From an uncultured Chloroflexia bacterium (GTDB lineage Bacteria; Chloroflexota; Limnocylindria; Limnocylindrales; CSP1-4): a stretch of 64,000 bases of DNA. The position numbers were made by a program, and so were the translations under genes. The stretch covers positions 242,447-306,446 of the forward strand of contig CAWHHU010000003.1 of assembly GCA_963829295.1 (NCBI GenBank), given 5' to 3'. The notes beneath the pieces were generated by a model. The model was not told the DNA's origin. It was given only the letters and a program-made list of their open reading frames with translations, and searched no databases. The first letter of the stretch is position 1. Every line of letters starts with the position of its first letter. Below, in pieces: positions 22,401-30,345 of the stretch.

Positions 22401-23389
22401 GTGCCACCACCCTGACCGTCACCAGCCCCGATGACGAGTCGGCCGTATCCGGATCACCCGTCACGGTCAGCGGCACCACCGAGCCCGGCAACACCGTCTA
22501 CGTCGCCGCGACCAACACCGACGCGGACTCGGCGACGACGGTGACCTCCGGTGCCGCCGCGCCCGACGGCTCGTTCAGCATCGACGTCCCCGTCACCGGC
22601 GGGACCAGCGTGCTCAACGTCGTCGCCGTAAGCCCCGACGGCGGCACCGCGCACGTGCAGCGCACGGTCGTGCTCGACATCGTGTCAGGAACGCTGCTCC
22701 TTGACGCGACCGACCCGGCCAACGATGACAACGGCCCCGGCAACTACGCCTACCCCACCTCGAGCGACTTCCACGACGGGGCGTTCGACATCGAGGACTT
22801 CCAGGTCTACGACGCCGGCGCGGATGTCATCTTCCGGATCAGGACGCGCGACCTGACCGAGACGTTCGGCAGCCCGCTCGGCGCCCAGCTGGTGGACATC
22901 TACGTGCACGATCCGAACGCCTCGACGACATCGACCTCGGCCGCGAACGCGTCGCGCAACTTCCAGATCGCCGCCGCCGACGCCTGGAGCCGCCTGATCC
23001 AGGTCCAGGGCTTCGGGCAGCGCTATGTGAACGCCAGCGGGGCGACGCTGGGCACGGTCTCGATCACGGGCAACTCGATCTCACGCTTCATCACGGTGCG
23101 CGTCTCGAAGACGTCCCTCGGCCAGCCCGGTCCCGGCTGGGCGTTCACGGTCGTGCTCGCCGGTCAGGACGGATTCAGCAGCGACCAGGCCCGCTCGTTC
23201 ACCGCCACGCCGGGGGACTTCACCTTTGGCGTGTGCGCGACGGCCAGCTCCGACGCGCACTGCACGGCCGATCCGGCCACGGTGGCCAAGCTGATGGACG
23301 TGATCACCCCCGCCGGCGTCAACCAGTCGGACGAGGTCGACTACACGCTGCACTCGCCGGTGGTGCTGAGCGGGGTGGCGATTCCCTGA
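19451..23389 (+). CDS. secreted glucodextranase/glucoamylase (GH15) with two N-terminal X25-like modules and C-terminal glucodextranase domains
   Basis: Signal peptide; two AGSxQSExGCxGDWDP repeats; LSDVYYPT; YREVFARD, QLDE, RWEE, DAGFLELVRLG, IPEQ; DDNGPGNYAYP. Confidence 0.9.
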   Translation: MADLRSQRHAPSITWLRTLLVGAIVIASSLVPTASASATPDPASVTIAGSLQSEAGCSGDWDPACAATHLAYDANDDVWQGTFSLPAGAYEYKAALNDSWAENYGLHAALNGANVPLNVASSGDVRFYYDHKTHWVTDNHSSVIAVAAGSFQSELGCAGDWDPGCLRSWLEDPDGDGIYSFSTTALPEGSYDTKVAIDEGWTENYGAGGAPNGDNISFTVPAGHPQVTFSYNSTSHVLSIVVAVDHGAPGAPGNVSHFDLARKDCLGTARNTTSRVWYTIAGGMLSDVYYPTIDNTNLETLQYLVTDGSTFTDLQSRDMSYSVAAINGTGGMACRVTATANSGRYSIVTDYITDPARNTVMMRVRLTTPRPAVKGPPLQLYVRFDPTVNGNGGGGSGNGGADSATVDTSTGHPVLLASDPVTATNAANRDYAQPVFAALDGPFTDASVGFAGSESDPLTGLDAAHVLTPAYPDAREGNVVGAAKVDLNGAGRAVITLGFGATDTDAVGAAEGSLAAGFDGAFESYKDGWDAYDATLVQPRTNKLPGVGAPERQQLTHAYYLSANVLKASEDKTFPGALVASLASPWGQAISAGDPANTYFGSYREVFARDLYEAWTGLVADGDLATARDATLFLFDRQQLPDGSMPRNSLVNGKVAPDSFGTQLDEVAYPILMADQLGLTDATLYADHVRPAANFLAAHGPATGVERWEEQSGYSPSTIAAEIAGLAAAADLAQANGDPDSAAVWLGVADDMQRSVKGWTVTTTGPLASHPYFIRLSKTGDPNAAIAYNVGNGGPTLDQRSVIDAGFLELVRLGILPADDPDVAQSLPVVDATIATDTPSGTGWHRYNGDGYGDRALDGRPWAPTGQGTGHLWPVLSAERAEQALATGDRAGATSLLSSMRRFASGVGLIPEQDWELPAVPASPYGTDPTQASIGFENGQAAGSASPLTWSAASFVRLTADLAANRNVVLPAVTQSRYVTHTQRATTLTVTSPDDESAVSGSPVTVSGTTEPGNTVYVAATNTDADSATTVTSGAAAPDGSFSIDVPVTGGTSVLNVVAVSPDGGTAHVQRTVVLDIVSGTLLLDATDPANDDNGPGNYAYPTSSDFHDGAFDIEDFQVYDAGADVIFRIRTRDLTETFGSPLGAQLVDIYVHDPNASTTSTSAANASRNFQIAAADAWSRLIQVQGFGQRYVNASGATLGTVSITGNSISRFITVRVSKTSLGQPGPGWAFTVVLAGQDGFSSDQARSFTATPGDFTFGVCATASSDAHCTADPATVAKLMDVITPAGVNQSDEVDYTLHSPVVLSGVAIP

Positions 23390-23527
23390 CCCTCGGGCGC
23401 TGCGGCCGGAACGTCGCGCGTCGTCAGCGGCTCGTCGGCGAGGTTCCGCGCGTGCCGCCGATCGGCACCCGGATCGGCTCATGGCGCCGCCACGGACGAC
23501 CGGCTGGCGACGCCGACGTTGCTGGCA

Positions 23528-23546
23528 TCGTCATCCTCCTGTCATC
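23528..23546 (+). promoter_or_regulatory. possible OmpR/PhoB-type tandem box
   Basis: GTCATC at 23530 and 23541 (11-bp period) upstream of the lipoprotein gene. Confidence 0.3.
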
Positions 23547-23658
23547 GTCGGTGTGGTTGTCTCGCCCAAACGGTCCCGGTGGACATGACGCCTGACGACC
23601 GCCTCACCTGATCGCCAGGACCTCCCGGCGCCGCCGCCAGGTCCGGAGGAGAAGTCCA

Positions 23659-24816
23659 GTGTCCGCGTCCCGCACGCTGCCGATCCAACCCGCCGACGAT
23701 GGGGTCCTCGCACGAAGGGCCATCCGCATGCCCGCCCCGGTCGCGCGAGGCATCCTCGCGTGCCTGGCCTTGGTCATCGTCGCGGTCCTGGTCGCGGCCT
23801 GCTCGGGCGACGCAGCTGCCACGGGCAGCCCCCAGGCCCCACCGTCCGCGCCGCCCGTCTCGGCGGTCCCTGCCGCGTCCTCGGTGGCGCCGTCCGAGAT
23901 GCCAGGTGGTGCTCCCTCGCCGGCTTCGTCCGCGGCGCCATCGGCTGCGTCGGCCGCGCCGGCGGCAATCCTGGGGACGATCGAGGTGGGGTCCGGCCCG
24001 TGCGCCCTCGAGGCGAGCCCCGACGGTCGCGTGTTCGCGACGCTCTACTCCACCGGCGACGTGGTCGAGATCGACCCGGCGACCTCGGCCGTGACCACGC
24101 TGGCCAGCCTCAAGTCGACGATCTGCGGGCTGGCGTGGGCGGAAGGCGAGCTGTGGGTGGCGGACCTGACATCGGACGCCGTCGTCGAGGTCGATCCGTC
24201 GTCCGGGAGCGTGTTGCACACGACGGCGCTGTCCGGTCAGCCGTGGGATGCGCAGCCCGATGCGACCGGCGTATGGATCGCGGACCGAGGGCTGCCCGGC
24301 GCGGTGCACATCGACGGCGCCAACGGCAGCATCGACCGATCGGTGGAGACCGGCGCGATGCCGACCGGCCTGGCGGTGGTCGACGGGCATGCCTGGGTGT
24401 CCGTCCAGGGCGCCAACGAGGTCGATCGGCTGGACGCCGCGGGGAAGAAGATCGATCTGCGCGTGACCGACGGCCTCGGCGTCACGCCCACCTGGTTCGC
24501 GGACGGCGGTGGCGCGCTGTGGGTCACCGACAACAGCGGTGGCGTGAGCCGTATCGATCCGAAGCGTGGAGCGGTTACGGCGTCTCTGCTGTTGGGCGGC
24601 ATGCCTCGCGATCCCGTCTACGCATTCGGGGCGCTGTGGGTGGCCAACGGCTCCGACGGCGTCCTGTATCGGATCGACCCGGGCACCAACGCCGTCGCCG
24701 GCACCGTCCAGCTCGCCACCGGCATCTGGTCGGTGGAGCAGGTCGGCCAGGAGATCTGGGTCGAGCAGTACAACGGCAGCCGGATCTTCCGGGTGGATCC
24801 GAACCTCGTCCGCTGA
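23659..24816 (+). CDS. lipoprotein with Vgb/YncE-like beta-propeller
   Basis: GGAGGA RBS; VAAC lipobox; Ser/Pro/Ala linker; repeated LWV...V.RIDP blades; alternative start at 23728. Confidence 0.78.
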   Translation: MSASRTLPIQPADDGVLARRAIRMPAPVARGILACLALVIVAVLVAACSGDAAATGSPQAPPSAPPVSAVPAASSVAPSEMPGGAPSPASSAAPSAASAAPAAILGTIEVGSGPCALEASPDGRVFATLYSTGDVVEIDPATSAVTTLASLKSTICGLAWAEGELWVADLTSDAVVEVDPSSGSVLHTTALSGQPWDAQPDATGVWIADRGLPGAVHIDGANGSIDRSVETGAMPTGLAVVDGHAWVSVQGANEVDRLDAAGKKIDLRVTDGLGVTPTWFADGGGALWVTDNSGGVSRIDPKRGAVTASLLLGGMPRDPVYAFGALWVANGSDGVLYRIDPGTNAVAGTVQLATGIWSVEQVGQEIWVEQYNGSRIFRVDPNLVR

Positions 24817-24978
24817 CCGGATGACCGGTGTGCCCGGACCCGGGCCGTTGGGAGGCGCGATGGCCCTGAGCCGCGCCGCGAGCACAGCGGACAATCAGGG
24901 CGCTTGGGACCATGGAGCGCCGCGCCTGGGGCGCCGGCATCTCGGGCGTCGCGGCTGGTTTTGAACGGAGGGATTCCG

Positions 24979-25146
24979 ATGGGTCGGCGCAAGCTGCGCA
25001 AGGGCGAAGGCATGAGCGTCGGGATCGCGATCGGTCTGTGCTTCGGTGTGGCGATCATGGCAGCCGCCGGGCCGCTCGGGCTGGTCGCCGGTATGGCGAT
25101 CGGTGTCGCCGTCGGAGCGGCCCTGGAGCGCAGCGCCGTCGTATAG
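24979..25146 (+). CDS. small glycine-zipper membrane protein
   Basis: GGAGG RBS; GxxxG repeats (GIAIGLCFG, GMAIGVAVG). Confidence 0.6.
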   Translation: MGRRKLRKGEGMSVGIAIGLCFGVAIMAAAGPLGLVAGMAIGVAVGAALERSAVV

Positions 25147-25173
25147 CGCCGGCCGGCGACGCCGGACGGGCGC

Positions 25174-25782
25174 TCAGTGATCCGCGCCCTCCGCCAGCCG
25201 CTCGCCAGCCTCGATCCGTACCGGCAGCCGGTTCTCGGCAGGCGTCAGCGGGCACGAGAAGCGAGGGTCGTAGACGCAGGACGGGTGATACGCGAGGTTG
25301 AAGTCGAGCACGTACGTCCCGTCGTCGTCGGCCTGGAGATCCAGGTACCGGCCGGCGCCGTAGGACTCGGTGCCGCTGGTGCCGTCGAGAAACGGGACGA
25401 ACAACGACTCGCTGGAGCCGTCCTCGAACATGTAGCCCGTGAGGGCGCAGGGGGTGTCGAGGATCTCGAAGCGAAGCAACCCGGCCCGCTTCGCCGGTCG
25501 CAGCTTCCCGTCGGAGGTCGGGATCTGGAAGCTCGCCGGCTCCGTGCCCGCGTAGGGTTCCAGCACCAGATCCTCGAACACCAGGTCCTCGTCGACGTCG
25601 AAGTAGGGGAGACCCCTGAAGCCTGCGCGCTCGGCCGCCGGGATCGGGCTGCGGCTGCCGGTCCGGAAATACTCGTCCTTGTCCGCGCGGTAGGCCCGCA
25701 CGGCGGTCGGGTAGTCGACGTGCTCGTGGTCGTGGTGATGCTCGTGACCATGGTCGTCGTGATGCTGGTGCTCATCGTCCAT
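25174..25782 (-). CDS. DUF1684 family protein with His-rich N-terminus
   Basis: FVPFLDGTSG, SYGAGRYLD, LDFNLAYHPSC, CPL, AGE. Confidence 0.9.
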   Translation of the reverse strand: MDDEHQHHDDHGHEHHHDHEHVDYPTAVRAYRADKDEYFRTGSRSPIPAAERAGFRGLPYFDVDEDLVFEDLVLEPYAGTEPASFQIPTSDGKLRPAKRAGLLRFEILDTPCALTGYMFEDGSSESLFVPFLDGTSGTESYGAGRYLDLQADDDGTYVLDFNLAYHPSCVYDPRFSCPLTPAENRLPVRIEAGERLAEGADH

Positions 25783-25835
25783 GGGCGTCAGTCTACGTTG
25801 GCCCCGGCGGCGGTCCCGGCTACAGTTGGCTGGCC

Positions 25836-26228
25836 ATGACCGATGCTCGCGACCCACGCATCGACGCCTACATCGACGCCCTGCCGCACTGGCAGCAGGC
25901 CATCTGCCGCGGGGTCCGCGAGCTTGTCCACACTGCCGATCCCGACGTGAGCGAGACCATCAAGCGAACGCGGCAGCCCTACTTCGTGCTCGACGGCAAC
26001 GTGTGCGCCCTGCTGGCGGCCAGGGATCACGTCAACGTCTTCCTGTACGACGGGGCGATCGTGCCTGACCCGGAGGGGATCATCACCGCCGGGCACGACA
26101 ACACGACGGCCAGGACGGTGGCCTTCCGCCGAGGCGAGCCGATCAACGCGCCCGCCCTGACCGCGATGCTCCGCCAGATCATCGCGAACAACCGCTCCGG
26201 CGGCTGGCGCAAGCTCAAGGGCGGCTGA
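25836..26228 (+). CDS. DUF1801 family protein
   Basis: IDAYIDALP, VRELVH, ETIKRT, ANNRSGGWRKL. Confidence 0.8.
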   Translation: MTDARDPRIDAYIDALPHWQQAICRGVRELVHTADPDVSETIKRTRQPYFVLDGNVCALLAARDHVNVFLYDGAIVPDPEGIITAGHDNTTARTVAFRRGEPINAPALTAMLRQIIANNRSGGWRKLKGG

Positions 26229-26417
26229 GACCGGCAGGCCCATGGCCCGCGGGGCGTTGCGCTACGGGCCGTCGACGAGCTCGTAGCCGAGGTAGGCGTC
26301 GGGTCCTACGCCCGGCCTGCCGCCTTGGGTCTCGTGCTGCCCGGCGAGCCACCCCGATGTTGCCAGGCCGCCAAGGCTACCTGGGACCGCGGCAGGTCCG
26401 CGGAGCGGAGGGTGCGG

Positions 26418-26855
26418 TCATCCCGGCTTTCCGGCGTCCGAGGCTCGCAGCAGCCGCTCGGCACGCGACATGGCGGCGACGCGGACCGCCTCGCGCAACA
26501 GGGCGTCCACCGTCGTTGCGTCCGGGTGAGCCCCGGGCTCGATCGTGAGCCAGCGCGCGCGCACGCCCGCAGCACCGTCGAGCGCATGCGATGGATCGTC
26601 CATCGCCGCCCCGTGGACGAAGCCCAGGTGGACGTGCTCGTGCTGCGGCAGGATCCAGGCGAAATACACCGTCCGGCGGCCCACCGGCACGTCGTAGCCG
26701 AGCACGCCCCAGCCTGTTCGGACGCGTTCGAGCACCCCGGGCACGCTGCGTCGAACGAGGTCTCGAAGCTCGTGCGCGACCGCGCGCGTTACGGCGTCAA
26801 ACGGCTCGAGCAGGGCCTCGGGCGGCACCACCTCCATCGACAGCAGCCGTTCCAT
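26418..26855 (-). CDS. DUF1801 family protein
   Basis: LRDLVRRSVP, ERVRTGW, HVHLGFVHGA, DP..L.G. Confidence 0.75.
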   Translation of the reverse strand: MERLLSMEVVPPEALLEPFDAVTRAVAHELRDLVRRSVPGVLERVRTGWGVLGYDVPVGRRTVYFAWILPQHEHVHLGFVHGAAMDDPSHALDGAAGVRARWLTIEPGAHPDATTVDALLREAVRVAAMSRAERLLRASDAGKPG

Positions 26856-26925
26856 CGGCGGATCGTGACGGATCAGCCCCCGGCTGTCGAACGCTGGCCC
26901 GGAATGCCCGGGCCCTGGCGCGCGT

Positions 26926-27933
26926 TCAGGACAGGGTGCGCGTGAAGAACTCCTTGACCCAGGCGCCGAACGCGTCGCGGCAGACCTCGGCGGGCATCCC
27001 GGCAGGCGACGTGTGACCGGATCCCTCGCACCAGTGCAGCTCGACCGGGATGCCGGCCGCGACGGCCTGCTCGTACAACGCCTGCGTTCGGGCCGGCAGG
27101 TCCTGTGCATCCGCGGTGCCGTGCGTGAGCAGGATCGGCCGTTGTCCCCACGACGCCAGCTCGTCCTCGGCGTCGATCGACCCGACGTCGGCCCCCGTGC
27201 GCAGCCGGGCCGCGATGAAGGTCGCCCACGTGCCCGGATAGGCCGGGTGACCGTTCTCCGCCAGCCGCGCCTCGATCTGGTATCGCAGCCGTGTGTGCAT
27301 CGAATCGAGCGCCAGCGCCTCCACCCGGGGGTCGTTCAGCGACTCCGCGAGCGCGGTGGCGGCCCCGAGCGAGTTCCCCAGCACCCCGATGTGCGACGGG
27401 CGCTTCGTTCGCTCCAGCCAGTCGAGGACGGCGCGCAGGTCGCGCTGCTCGAACACCCCGGCCGTGGTCTGATCGCCCGTGCTCCGACCCGCGTTGCGCA
27501 TGTCGAACACCACGAGGTTGAACGCTTCGTGCAAGCCCTCCCCGCACTCGAGGACGCCGCTCTTGTTGGCCTGGAAGCCATGGACCAGCACGACGGTGGG
27601 GGCCGTGGGGCCGGCGCCGTTGGCGGCCGGCACGTACCAACCGCCGATGTGCACGCCGTCCTCGGTGACCACGGCATCGCCGGCCTTGACTCCCTGGTAG
27701 GTGCAGGCGGTGAGGTCCGTGTTCCGGGTCGCCAATCGCTGGTCATCGGCGATGTCGTAGTTGATCGCCTCGTACGTCCAGCCAAGCTGGACATCGGGGG
27801 TGCGGCAGTCACCCGTTGCCGGCGCCTCCACCAGCCGGCGCGACACCCCGTAGCCGACGTAGGCGGTGTAGCCGACGCCCGCGATGGCCAGCACGCCCAC
27901 GGTTCCGAGCCCGACCCGCCATCGACGCGTCAT
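26926..27933 (-). CDS. membrane-anchored alpha/beta hydrolase
   Basis: N-terminal TM, LVHG, DMRNAGRS, GNSLG, HGTAD, GH. Confidence 0.88.
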   Translation of the reverse strand: MTRRWRVGLGTVGVLAIAGVGYTAYVGYGVSRRLVEAPATGDCRTPDVQLGWTYEAINYDIADDQRLATRNTDLTACTYQGVKAGDAVVTEDGVHIGGWYVPAANGAGPTAPTVVLVHGFQANKSGVLECGEGLHEAFNLVVFDMRNAGRSTGDQTTAGVFEQRDLRAVLDWLERTKRPSHIGVLGNSLGAATALAESLNDPRVEALALDSMHTRLRYQIEARLAENGHPAYPGTWATFIAARLRTGADVGSIDAEDELASWGQRPILLTHGTADAQDLPARTQALYEQAVAAGIPVELHWCEGSGHTSPAGMPAEVCRDAFGAWVKEFFTRTLS

Positions 27934-27946
27934 GACTCCCTCCCCG

Positions 27947-28111
27947 TCAGCTGTGCACGATCCGCCGCTGCTTGATCCGAGCGGCGTCCGCCGCGAACGG
28001 CCGCTGCCCCATGCCGTAGGTCGACACGATCGGTCGCATCGCTGCCGGGAACTCGGCGACCGACGAGCGGTAGTCGATGTTGAGCGCCGTCAACCCCTCG
28101 CGCAGCCGGTC
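27947..28111 (-). pseudogene. 3' remnant resembling the C-terminus of a phenylacetate-CoA ligase-like protein
   Basis: RLREGLTALNIDYRSSVAEFPAAMRPIVSTYGMGQRPFAADAARIKQRRIVHS-stop, no RBS-associated start, stop just upstream of the hydrolase RBS. Confidence 0.45.
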
Positions 28112-28284
28112 CGCGGAGCAGAGGCGCGCGGGTGCTCGGACGGCGCGTCAACGCCCACCATCGGCCAGCAGCCTGCGGACAGCGGCCGCCAGCTGCCAGT
28201 GCCATTCGTCGCGTTGCCGCGCTCTGCGGGCGCCGGCCGATGTTGCCGCAACCCGATGCCCGTTCAGCGGTTAAGATCGTTCGC

Positions 28285-28716
28285 ATGGCAACGATCACCC
28301 GGGGCGCGCGCGACTTCCTCGCCACCGGCCCGCTCGCTCACATCGTCACCCTCAACCCCGACGGTTCGCCGCACGTGTCGCTCGCCTGGGCCGGCGTCGA
28401 TGGCGACGGCGTCATCTGGTCGACGTTCTCCGACCAGCGCAAGCTCGACAACCTGCGCCGGGACCCACGGATCGTGCTCTCGTTCCAGGCGAAGGACAGC
28501 GGTGGTGAGAGGCTCCACCCGTACCTCGTCATCCGGGGTCGGGCCACGATCGAGTCCGGTGGCGCGCTGGACGTCATGGACCGGCTCGCCGAGTTCTACA
28601 TCGGCCCCGGCCAGCTGTTCCCGATGCGGAACGTCCCCGCCGGGCTCACGGTGCGGGTCGAGGTGGAGGACGTGTACGGCGTGGGATCCTGGCGCACTGC
28701 AGATGAGGGCTCCTGA
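28285..28716 (+). CDS. PPOX-class putative F420-dependent oxidoreductase
   Basis: TLNPDGSPHVS, KLDNLRRDPRIVLS. Confidence 0.85.
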   Translation: MATITRGARDFLATGPLAHIVTLNPDGSPHVSLAWAGVDGDGVIWSTFSDQRKLDNLRRDPRIVLSFQAKDSGGERLHPYLVIRGRATIESGGALDVMDRLAEFYIGPGQLFPMRNVPAGLTVRVEVEDVYGVGSWRTADEGS

Positions 28717-28814
28717 GCGCCAGAGCGAAGGTTGTGCGCGATGACTCTTGCGTCGACGACCGGTCATTCCCGGTGACCGGGCCGGCCGAGGCCCGGCGTC
28801 ACAAAGGAGACGAC

Positions 28815-29360
28815 ATGCAGGCGACGAATCTGGCCGACCTCTACGGAACGCCGCCGCTTGACTGGGACCGCATTGTTGCGCCGCTCGACCAGGGCCTGAC
28901 CCAGGCGCCGGACACTGGCGGTCCCAACCGACATACCTGCTGGCTGGCGACGATCAATCCGGATGGCACGCCGCATGTCACCGGCATCGGTTCGCTGTGG
29001 CTCGACGGCTCGTTCTGGTTCGCGTCCGGTGACGGCACCCGCAAGTCGCGAAACATCGCCCGCGATCCACGATGCACGCTGAGCCTGGCCACCGACGAGT
29101 TCGACCTCGTTGTGGAGGGCGTGGCAACCAGGATCGTCGATCCCGCAACGGTTGCGGACCTGGCGGCGCGCTGGGCGGTCGAGGGCTGGCCGGCGCGGGT
29201 GGACGAATCGGGGCAGGCCCTCACGGCCGACTACAGCGCGCCGTCGGCGGGCCCAGCGCCCTGGTTCGTGTATCGGCTCACGCCGGGAGCCGCGACGGCC
29301 GTCGGCACGGTCATGCCCGGCGGGGCCACCCGCTGGCGCTTCGGAGGGTTGACAGGGTGA
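28815..29360 (+). CDS. pyridoxamine 5'-phosphate oxidase-like (split-barrel) protein
   Basis: WLATINPDGTPH, KSRNIARDPRC, ATRWRF; AAGGAG RBS. Confidence 0.85.
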   Translation: MQATNLADLYGTPPLDWDRIVAPLDQGLTQAPDTGGPNRHTCWLATINPDGTPHVTGIGSLWLDGSFWFASGDGTRKSRNIARDPRCTLSLATDEFDLVVEGVATRIVDPATVADLAARWAVEGWPARVDESGQALTADYSAPSAGPAPWFVYRLTPGAATAVGTVMPGGATRWRFGGLTG

Positions 29361-29761
29361 CATTTCCGGCGGGCGACATCGAGCTCACCCACATCCTGGT
29401 CGCGTCAGATCCCATTCGTTCGATGCGCTGGTACGTCGATGTCCTCGGGGCCACCGTGTACCGTGAGTACGGCTCATCGGTCGTGCTCAGCTTCGGCGGC
29501 ACGTGGCTCCTGCTCGTCGAGGGCGGCGGCCCCACCGACGACAAGCCGGGCGTCGTGCTCGCGCCGCCCTCCGACCCGGACCGCCGCGACAACCTGTTCA
29601 CGATCCGCGTCGACGACTGCCGGGCGACCTACGACCTGCTGCGGGCCAGGGGCGGCACCTTCCTGACGCCACCTGTGACCAGCGGCGCCGAGACCCGCTG
29701 CTTCCTGCGCGATCCGGACGGCCACCTGTTCGAGCTCAGCGAGTATCGCCCGACCGGCTGA
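29357..29761 (+). CDS. VOC/glyoxalase family protein
   Basis: THILV, WYVDVLG, RDPDGHLFE; GTGA overlap. Confidence 0.88.
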   Translation: MTFPAGDIELTHILVASDPIRSMRWYVDVLGATVYREYGSSVVLSFGGTWLLLVEGGGPTDDKPGVVLAPPSDPDRRDNLFTIRVDDCRATYDLLRARGGTFLTPPVTSGAETRCFLRDPDGHLFELSEYRPTG

Positions 29762-29820
29762 TGCGGTTGCCCGTGCTTGCTCTCGGACCCGGGCCCGTTC
29801 CTCGCGCTCGCCTTCGCCCG

Positions 29821-29874
29821 CGTTACGAGGTGGAGGAGGCAGGGTCGCAAGCCCGTTACGAGGTGGAGGAGGCA
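29821..29874. repeat. 21-bp perfect direct repeat, 33-bp period
   Basis: CGTTACGAGGTGGAGGAGGCA at 29821-29841 and 29854-29874. Confidence 0.9.
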
Positions 29875-30190
29875 TACGGGGTGGGTCCTGGCGCACGGCG
29901 GATGAGGGCTCCTGAGCGGTCGGGCAACGCCGCCAGCGATTCCGCAGGCCGACCCAGCCGGGAGCCGGACTGCCGGCACGAGCGGTAGGCGTTGTCCAAG
30001 GCGGAAGCCAGCACCAGATATGAGCCGGGGCGAATGTTCGGCGTGATGGCTCGCGCTTCGAGGGGTCGTGAGGGCGGCCGGAGCAGGAAATCGGGTCCCG
30101 GTCGACACCACGCAGAACCGTGGCGGTCTGGCTGGCGGTATTCGATGCCTCACGCGGCGCCGAAAAGACGTCAGAGGTCATGGGTGGGGG

Positions 30191-30328
30191 CGCGCCGGTG
30201 GTCGCGTCAGCCAGCCTCGCCGGCGGCGATGTCAACGAGCCACGCCGGTGGTCGCGTCAGCCAGCCGTGCCGGCGGTCGAGTCAGCCGGCCGCGCCGGCG
30301 GCGATGTCAACGTGCCCCGCCGACGGCG
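30191..30328. repeat. 25-bp degenerate tandem array (5 units plus partial)
   Basis: Units start at 30191, 30216, 30241, 30266, 30291, 30316; core GCCGGYGG-N4-GTCARC. Confidence 0.85.
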
Positions 30329-30345
30329 CTCTCTCCGTCCTTTCC

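Noticed and set aside
17114-23389. 2091-aa ORF as one giant protein
   Set aside because: The first 779 codons overlap osmC and the ALS gene in a shifted frame where GC-rich third positions suppress stops; the real protein starts at 19451 with a signal peptide
29821-30328. Repeats as a CRISPR array
   Set aside because: Only two 21-bp copies with a 12-nt spacer; the 25-bp units are contiguous with no unique spacers; no cas genes
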